From IMG/VR virus record IMGVR_UViG_3300037851_000327, positions 1 through 37,946 of that record: 37,946 nucleotides of DNA. One strand, given 5' to 3'. Position 1 is the first letter of the stretch, and the number at the start of each line of letters is the position of its first letter. Below, piece after piece: positions 32,636-37,946 of the stretch. This DNA comes from a virus. Its lineage: Duplodnaviria; Caudoviricetes. The position numbers and the translations under genes are program-made. The notes under the pieces are model-generated. The model did no database searches and was not told where the DNA came from. It saw only the letters and a program-made list of their open reading frames with translations.

Positions 32636-35065
32636 ATGGGATTGTGGAAGGTAGTGGCGCCAAGCAGTGATATCAATTTGATCGAGGATCCGAGCCATGA
32701 GCGAGCGGTGACGGGGTGGAATGGGATCAGCTCTGCGTCGAAGAGCCGGATCACGACGGATGCGACGAAGGGGCATTATTGCCTGGAGATCACACCGACG
32801 AGCAACACGACGGATGGGGAATATTATGCAATCAGCGTGAGCACCGGGGTGTATTACACATTTTCGATCGATGTGAAGGGGGAGAGTGGTATCCCTTATC
32901 TGATTGCGATCATGAACACGTCGAATACGAACCTGGCGACGACGACATTCACGGGGGATGGGCAGTGGCACCGGTACACGGTGAGCTATAACAACGCAGC
33001 GCAGGCGACGCTGCGAGTGGCGGTGCGGAAGAACAGTAGCAGCTCGACGGCGAAGTTTTATATCGACCGGTCAACGTTTCACCTGGGGAATTATGAGGTG
33101 ATGTATATTGACGGGGATGAGGCGGGGTGTTATTGGCAGGGGATCGACCATGCAAGCCCGAGTGTGAGGAAGAAGGACCGGAACGGTGGACGGATTTATG
33201 ACCTGGACAGCGATTTGAATTGTAAAGTGATCAGTTTTGCGGGGAGCGGGGCGCCGGTGATGATGCATGTGATACAGGAGGTGGGCCAGGGGGGGCGGTG
33301 GCAGTTCAAGAAGCGCACAAAGCGACCGAGAACGTTGTCATTGATCTGCGATCTGGTTGGGTCGAGCCTGGAGGATTTGCATGCCAAGCGGGAGGCGTTA
33401 TGGCAGGTCTTGAAGCCGGATGCGGGGGGGGTGGACGGGCCGGTGATTTTGATGTATACGGGGGCGGACAGCGTTGAGCGGGCATATCTGCGAGCTTATT
33501 ATGATGGCGGGATGGAGTATGGTGGGCGGAATGGGTTCACGGAGACGTTTACGCTGCGATTTATTGCGTATGATACGAGCTGGCGGGATGAGCGGGAGGA
33601 GCATAAGGACCTGACGACAACACAGAATGTGACGGGCGCGTATGGGGCGATCCGGAGGTGGGGGGAGTGGAAGGCATGGGCGAGCAGCGGGTTCAATGAC
33701 CGGGTGATTGTGATCACCCCTTCCAGTAATACAAGAAGCCCGATGTACAGCCCGGGGACGATCTATGTGGGAGGGAAGTTCACGTCTGCAGGAGGAGTGA
33801 CGGCATACCGGATTGCGGTTTATGATCCGGAGGCGGATTCGTTCAGCGTACTGGGGGCGGCGGGAGGGTTGAATGATGAGGTGTATGCGATTGCGGAGGC
33901 GGCAAACGGTGATCTGTTTATTGGCGGGAAGTTCACGGATGTGCAGGGCGGTCCGGGGGGAACTTATAACCGGATCACACGGTACAGTGCGGGGTATAAC
34001 GCGGTGGGAGCAGGTGGAGCAGATGGGATCGTGTATGATATTGCGGTACATCCGGATGGCAAGGTTTATGCAGTGGGGGCGTTCACGAATATCGGGGGTG
34101 TGGCGGCGAACCGGGCGGCGTATTGGGACGGGAGCGCCTGGCATGCATTGGGGACTGGTTTGAATGCGACTGGCGGGGCATTGGCGATCGGTCCGGATGG
34201 ATATGTGTATGTGGGCGGGCTGTTCACGACGGCAGGGGGAACGACGGTCAATTATATGGCATATTGGGATGGTACAACATGGCATGCGATGGGGGGAGGG
34301 CTTTATTCGGCGGTTGCAGTGACGGTGGATAAGATGATGTTTGACGATGGGGGGAATCTATATGTGGTGGGGACGTTCGAGGAAGCAGGCGGGGTGGCGG
34401 TGGGGAATATTGCGATGTGGAATGGGAGTGCGTGGAAGGCGGTGGGCGGGGATGCGGGGGCGCCTACATCATCGATTTACGGATTATATTGTGCGAAAGG
34501 AAAGGTGTATGCGGGCGGAGTACCCACATCGATGGTGGATATTGCGACGGATGGATTGTTCATATGGAATGGGGCGCAATGGGTCAGCCCAGATATCATT
34601 AACCTGAGCCACAGTGGTTTTGCAGTGTATGTGGATGAGCATGATAATATTTATTTTGGGAATGGGGCGAGCACAACGGCGAGGGCGGGTGAGATCACGA
34701 CATGCACGGTGAATGGGACGGAGAAGGTGAAGCCGGTGCTGGTGTTCGGGCGGAGCGGGGGGACTTCGGCGAGGATCTTATGGATCGAGAACCAATTGAC
34801 GGGGAGGAGATTGTATTGCGATTACAGCCTGCTGGACGGGGAGACGGTGATGATCGATTTGAGGGATGGGAAACGGGATGTGGTGAGCACGCTGTTCGGG
34901 CGGAGGCGGTGGGAGGGTATCCGGCTGGGGAGCGATATCAACGATTTCGAGCTGCTGCCAGGGGATAACCCGCTGGCGGTGTTCGTGGATGTGGTGGGCA
35001 GCCCGACGATGACGCAGTATGCGTTGTGGGAGAAGTTGTATTGGATGGCGGATGATGTGGGGTAA
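32636..35065 (+). CDS. Distal tail protein (Dit-like) with an N-terminal CBM-like domain and inserted beta-propeller
   Basis: YTFSIDVK...WHRY CBM-like domain; repeated YVGG.FT.AGG...WDG..W blades; FELLPGDN C-terminus. Confidence 0.75.
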   Translation: MGLWKVVAPSSDINLIEDPSHERAVTGWNGISSASKSRITTDATKGHYCLEITPTSNTTDGEYYAISVSTGVYYTFSIDVKGESGIPYLIAIMNTSNTNLATTTFTGDGQWHRYTVSYNNAAQATLRVAVRKNSSSSTAKFYIDRSTFHLGNYEVMYIDGDEAGCYWQGIDHASPSVRKKDRNGGRIYDLDSDLNCKVISFAGSGAPVMMHVIQEVGQGGRWQFKKRTKRPRTLSLICDLVGSSLEDLHAKREALWQVLKPDAGGVDGPVILMYTGADSVERAYLRAYYDGGMEYGGRNGFTETFTLRFIAYDTSWRDEREEHKDLTTTQNVTGAYGAIRRWGEWKAWASSGFNDRVIVITPSSNTRSPMYSPGTIYVGGKFTSAGGVTAYRIAVYDPEADSFSVLGAAGGLNDEVYAIAEAANGDLFIGGKFTDVQGGPGGTYNRITRYSAGYNAVGAGGADGIVYDIAVHPDGKVYAVGAFTNIGGVAANRAAYWDGSAWHALGTGLNATGGALAIGPDGYVYVGGLFTTAGGTTVNYMAYWDGTTWHAMGGGLYSAVAVTVDKMMFDDGGNLYVVGTFEEAGGVAVGNIAMWNGSAWKAVGGDAGAPTSSIYGLYCAKGKVYAGGVPTSMVDIATDGLFIWNGAQWVSPDIINLSHSGFAVYVDEHDNIYFGNGASTTARAGEITTCTVNGTEKVKPVLVFGRSGGTSARILWIENQLTGRRLYCDYSLLDGETVMIDLRDGKRDVVSTLFGRRRWEGIRLGSDINDFELLPGDNPLAVFVDVVGSPTMTQYALWEKLYWMADDVG

Positions 35066-35135
35066 AGAGCAATTCGCAGGATGAATGGGAAGAAAGGGAT
35101 GGGCGGGATAAAACCTGAATTAGGGAAGAGCGGAG
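35066..35135 (+). repeat. Family A repeat, full-length, intergenic
   Basis: agagcaattcgcaggatgaatgggaagaaagggatgggcgggataaaacctgaattagggaagagcggag. Confidence 0.85.
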
Positions 35136-35141
35136 TAGTTT

Positions 35142-36299
35142 ATGTGGGATGTGTGGCTATGCAAGTATGATGGGACGAGGATGTACCTGCTGGAGAATTT
35201 GATCAGCGGGGAGGTGGTGAAGACGGTGAATGGGGCGGGGTTTATCAGCCTGGTGATGGAAATGGATAAGGATGATCCAGGGGCGGATATATTGCCATGG
35301 TCGCTGAACGAGGATATGTTGTTGGACGTATGGCGGCGAGATTATGAGGGGAAACCACAGCCACTGTTGACAGGATTTCTGCGAGGGTGGACGATCCAGG
35401 AGGGGATGGGGGGGCGATATGTGCTGACGCTGCGGGGGCCGGGGGTGGGGGAGATATTGGAGCGGCGGATCGTGGCATATAAGGCAGGGACGGCGGAGGC
35501 GGATAAGACGGACCAGGCAGATGATATGATGAAGGAGATCGTGCGGGAGAATCTGGGGGCAGATGCGCATTCATCGAGGGATTTGAGCGGGCTGGGGTTC
35601 ATCGTGGATGATGATCTGAGTTTGGGGGTATCCATGGGGAAGGCATTTTCGTTCCGGAATGTGCAAACGGTGCTGGAGGAGATCAGCGAGGCGAGCGCGG
35701 TGGATGGGACGCCGGTGTATTTTGCGATCGAGACGTATTTGGATGAGAATGGGAAGGTGTGCCTGGAGTTCAAAACTTATATCAACCAGCCAGGTCTGGA
35801 CCGGACAGGGGGGCAGCAGGTGGTGTTTGGGGACCGGTTCGGGAATGTGGAGCTGGCAAGCCTGACGTATAGCGCATTGGAGGAGAAGAATTATTATTAT
35901 GCAGGGGGACAGGGAGAGGGGGAGGACCGGATCACGACTTCGGGGGGGATGCGGCTGCGGCAGAAGGCGACGCCGTATAACTTGCGAGAGGTGTTCGTGG
36001 ATGCGAGGCATCTGGAGAGCCTGGCAGATCTGATCGATCTGGTGAATGGATTGCTAAATAGCCAGTTGCCCCGGTATAGCTTTATTGCGACGCTGGTGGA
36101 TGGGCCGCAGGCGAGGTATGGGCTGGATTGGGGGCATGGGGATAAGGTGCGGGTAAATTATATGGGGTATGGGTTCACGGGGATCGTGCGGAATGTGCGG
36201 TTCACGGTGAATGGGGTGGGAGATGAGCGGGTGGAGGGGAAGTTCGAGGGTGAGTTCGAGGCGGTAGGCTGGGAAGATGCAGGAGCGGGAGAGAGCTGA
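35142..36299 (+). CDS. Baseplate hub protein (siphovirus Gp37-like/Tal)
   Basis: AGGQGEGEDR, REVFVDAR, YGLDWGHGDKV motifs. Confidence 0.82.
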   Translation: MWDVWLCKYDGTRMYLLENLISGEVVKTVNGAGFISLVMEMDKDDPGADILPWSLNEDMLLDVWRRDYEGKPQPLLTGFLRGWTIQEGMGGRYVLTLRGPGVGEILERRIVAYKAGTAEADKTDQADDMMKEIVRENLGADAHSSRDLSGLGFIVDDDLSLGVSMGKAFSFRNVQTVLEEISEASAVDGTPVYFAIETYLDENGKVCLEFKTYINQPGLDRTGGQQVVFGDRFGNVELASLTYSALEEKNYYYAGGQGEGEDRITTSGGMRLRQKATPYNLREVFVDARHLESLADLIDLVNGLLNSQLPRYSFIATLVDGPQARYGLDWGHGDKVRVNYMGYGFTGIVRNVRFTVNGVGDERVEGKFEGEFEAVGWEDAGAGES

Positions 36300-36799
36300 T
36301 GATCGAGACAATTTTGGGCGAGCTGGATGGTATCAAGAAGCGTCTGGAGCGGCTGGAGGCGCAGGAGCATACGCATACGATCTTGAACGAGGTAATCAAG
36401 ATTACGGATGATGGTGGGTTGGCGATTAAGCTGGTGGCGGGGGAGACGCTGGTGCAGGGGAATATTGTCAATATTAAGCAGTCAGGCGGTGCGGATGGAA
36501 AGGTGTGGAAAACGCCAACGAGCGGGGATGAGCGCTTTATGCCAATCGGAGTGGCGCTGGAGGCGGCGAATGCAAATGCGAGCGTGTGGATCGTGGTGGC
36601 GGGGAAGGCGAAGGTGCTGCCCGAGAGCGGATTGACGGCGACGAGGGGGTATGTGGTATTTGCAAGCAGCAGCGAGGCGGGGCGGGCGGATGATTCGGCG
36701 ACATTGCCGACGACGGACCATTGGGCGGAGTGCGGGCACTGGCTGTATGACGGGACGGGGAATGGGGTGTTGACGCTGGCTGTGCTGCATTTCAACTAA
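36299..36799 (+). CDS. Tail tip / cement-like protein
   Basis: N-terminal coiled coil; PIGVALEAA...VVAGKAKV. Confidence 0.65.
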   Translation: MIETILGELDGIKKRLERLEAQEHTHTILNEVIKITDDGGLAIKLVAGETLVQGNIVNIKQSGGADGKVWKTPTSGDERFMPIGVALEAANANASVWIVVAGKAKVLPESGLTATRGYVVFASSSEAGRADDSATLPTTDHWAECGHWLYDGTGNGVLTLAVLHFN

Positions 36800-36965
36800 G
36801 AGCAATTCACAGGATGAAGAGCATTCACAGGATGAATAGGATAAAAGGGATGATCAGGATAAAACCTGATGTAGGGAAGAGCGGAGAGAATTTCACAGGA
36901 TCAGGTAGGATGAAGAGCATTCACAGGATCAGGCAGGAGAAGAGCGGATAAACAGGATAAGACAT
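36800..36965 (+). repeat. Family A cluster with four TTCACAGGAT cores
   Basis: Cores at 36806, 36824, 36892 and 36920; fills the gap between convergent genes. Confidence 0.9.
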
Positions 36966-36975
36966 TTTACTGAGT

Positions 36976-37887
36976 TTATAATTTATCGGCTGGAGAGGAT
37001 CGGGCGTGGCCTTGCTGAAGGTCACGCTCGATTAGTTTAAGATAGCGCTGGAGGATTGTGACAGAGGTGTGACCCATGAGGTGCATGAGGGTGACGGTGT
37101 CGATGCCGTTGCGGAGGGATTCGATGGCGAAGGTGCGGCGGAAGTCATGGAGGGAGGGGTGAGGCAGGGGCAGGCGGGCCTGCTCGGAGCGGCGCCTGAG
37201 GATTTGGCGGAGTCCGGCGCCAGTGAGCCTGGTTCCGGATTGGTTGAGGAAGAGGGGGGCAGTGGGGAGGGTTTCGGTGCGTGTGCGGAGGTAGCGGATA
37301 ATTTCGGTGCGAGCTCGAGGTCCGGTATAGACGGTGCGGTTTTTATCGCCTTTGCCATGACGGACTTGAAGGGCGCCGGTGCGCTGGTTGAGGTCCTGAA
37401 TGTCCAGGGCGACAAGCTCTTCTTTGCGCAGGCCAGTGTCGAGGAGGGTGATGAAGATGGCACGGTCACGCTGGCCAGTATTGGTTGAGCGGGGGCAGAC
37501 AGCGAGTAGGAGTTTGACCTGGTCAAGAGGGATGCCCGGGATGGGTTCTTTGGAGGTCTTGGGGCGGGCTACTTTGAGGATGGGGTTTTTGTAGGCGGGG
37601 TCATCAAGTTCGATGGACCACCAGGAGAGGAAGGCTTTGATGGCGCGGTAGGAGGCATCGATGCCGTTGGCGTTGCGGGTGGATTGGAGGTGGATGAGGT
37701 ATTGGCGGATGAGCTGAGGGGTGAGGTCTTCGAGGGTGCGGATTCTCTGGGCGTCCAGGTATTGGGAGAACCAGCGCAGCTCGGTCTCGTAGTAGCGGAG
37801 GGTGGCGGGGGTGAGGTGGCGGGATTGGCGGTCGACGAGGAAGGCGGTGGTTTCGGAGGTGATCAGATGGTTGGATTTAGGTCGCAT
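36976..37887 (-). CDS. int: Tyrosine integrase
   Basis: TGLRKEE, GKGDK, HDFRR, MGH, QRY; adjacent to the tRNA fragment on the circle. Confidence 0.93.
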   Translation of the reverse strand: MRPKSNHLITSETTAFLVDRQSRHLTPATLRYYETELRWFSQYLDAQRIRTLEDLTPQLIRQYLIHLQSTRNANGIDASYRAIKAFLSWWSIELDDPAYKNPILKVARPKTSKEPIPGIPLDQVKLLLAVCPRSTNTGQRDRAIFITLLDTGLRKEELVALDIQDLNQRTGALQVRHGKGDKNRTVYTGPRARTEIIRYLRTRTETLPTAPLFLNQSGTRLTGAGLRQILRRRSEQARLPLPHPSLHDFRRTFAIESLRNGIDTVTLMHLMGHTSVTILQRYLKLIERDLQQGHARSSPADKL

Positions 37888-37946
37888 TTTGTCACCAGGT
37901 GCGGGTTATGCGGCGAATCAGAGGGTCATGGAGGGGGGAGGAGTGG
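37821..37946. repeat. Terminal direct repeat, right copy
   Basis: Identical to 40-165. Confidence 0.95.

Noticed and set aside
1703-36805. Numerous Pro/His/Ser-rich minus-strand ORFs (e.g. 10929-11912, 15683-16621, 31901-32971)
   Set aside because: Shadow ORFs caused by the G-rich + strand; they overlap well-supported genes
9873-36840. TAG-to-Gln recoding suggested by CAG/TAG alternation in the repeats
   Set aside because: TerL, portal, adaptor and tape measure genes end at TAG at expected lengths, and genes are intact in the standard code
36800-36965. CRISPR array or mini-array
   Set aside because: Units are degenerate, spacing is irregular (18, 68, 28 nt), the intervening DNA is itself repeat-derived, and there are no cas genes

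Overview
The window appears to be a complete, circular temperate siphovirus genome of about 37,781 bp. Positions 40-165 equal 37821-37946, and 1-39 is a degraded copy of 37782-37820. Gene order: integrase (-), attP candidate (5' half of a tRNA-Arg(UCG)), membrane protein and repressor (-), divergent Cro-like gene, a second XerC-like tyrosine recombinase, lipoproteins, a dif-like site, a primase-helicase with a symmetric origin-like region, a consensus late promoter with a structured leader, holins and GH25 endolysin, terminases, portal fused to MuF, HK97 protease and capsid, neck genes, a glycosyltransferase/methyltransferase cassette with a 221-residue Ser/Thr tract protein, and a non-contractile tail module. 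The most striking unexplained signal is a set of short dispersed repeats. About 24 loci of a (AA)TTCACAGGATGAA(C/T)AGGAT element all lie on the + strand, either right after stop codons or in-frame inside core proteins (SQDEQD peptides). They occur alongside 5 copies of a CCCC..CAAAT/ATTTGG..GGGG palindrome, several 7-, 8- and 9-nt periodic repeats and a GTAG-type REP, and I recognised no cognate mobilising gene. The host is unknown; a monoderm such as Chloroflexota is a low-confidence guess. All calls come from reading motifs by eye, and no database searches were run.
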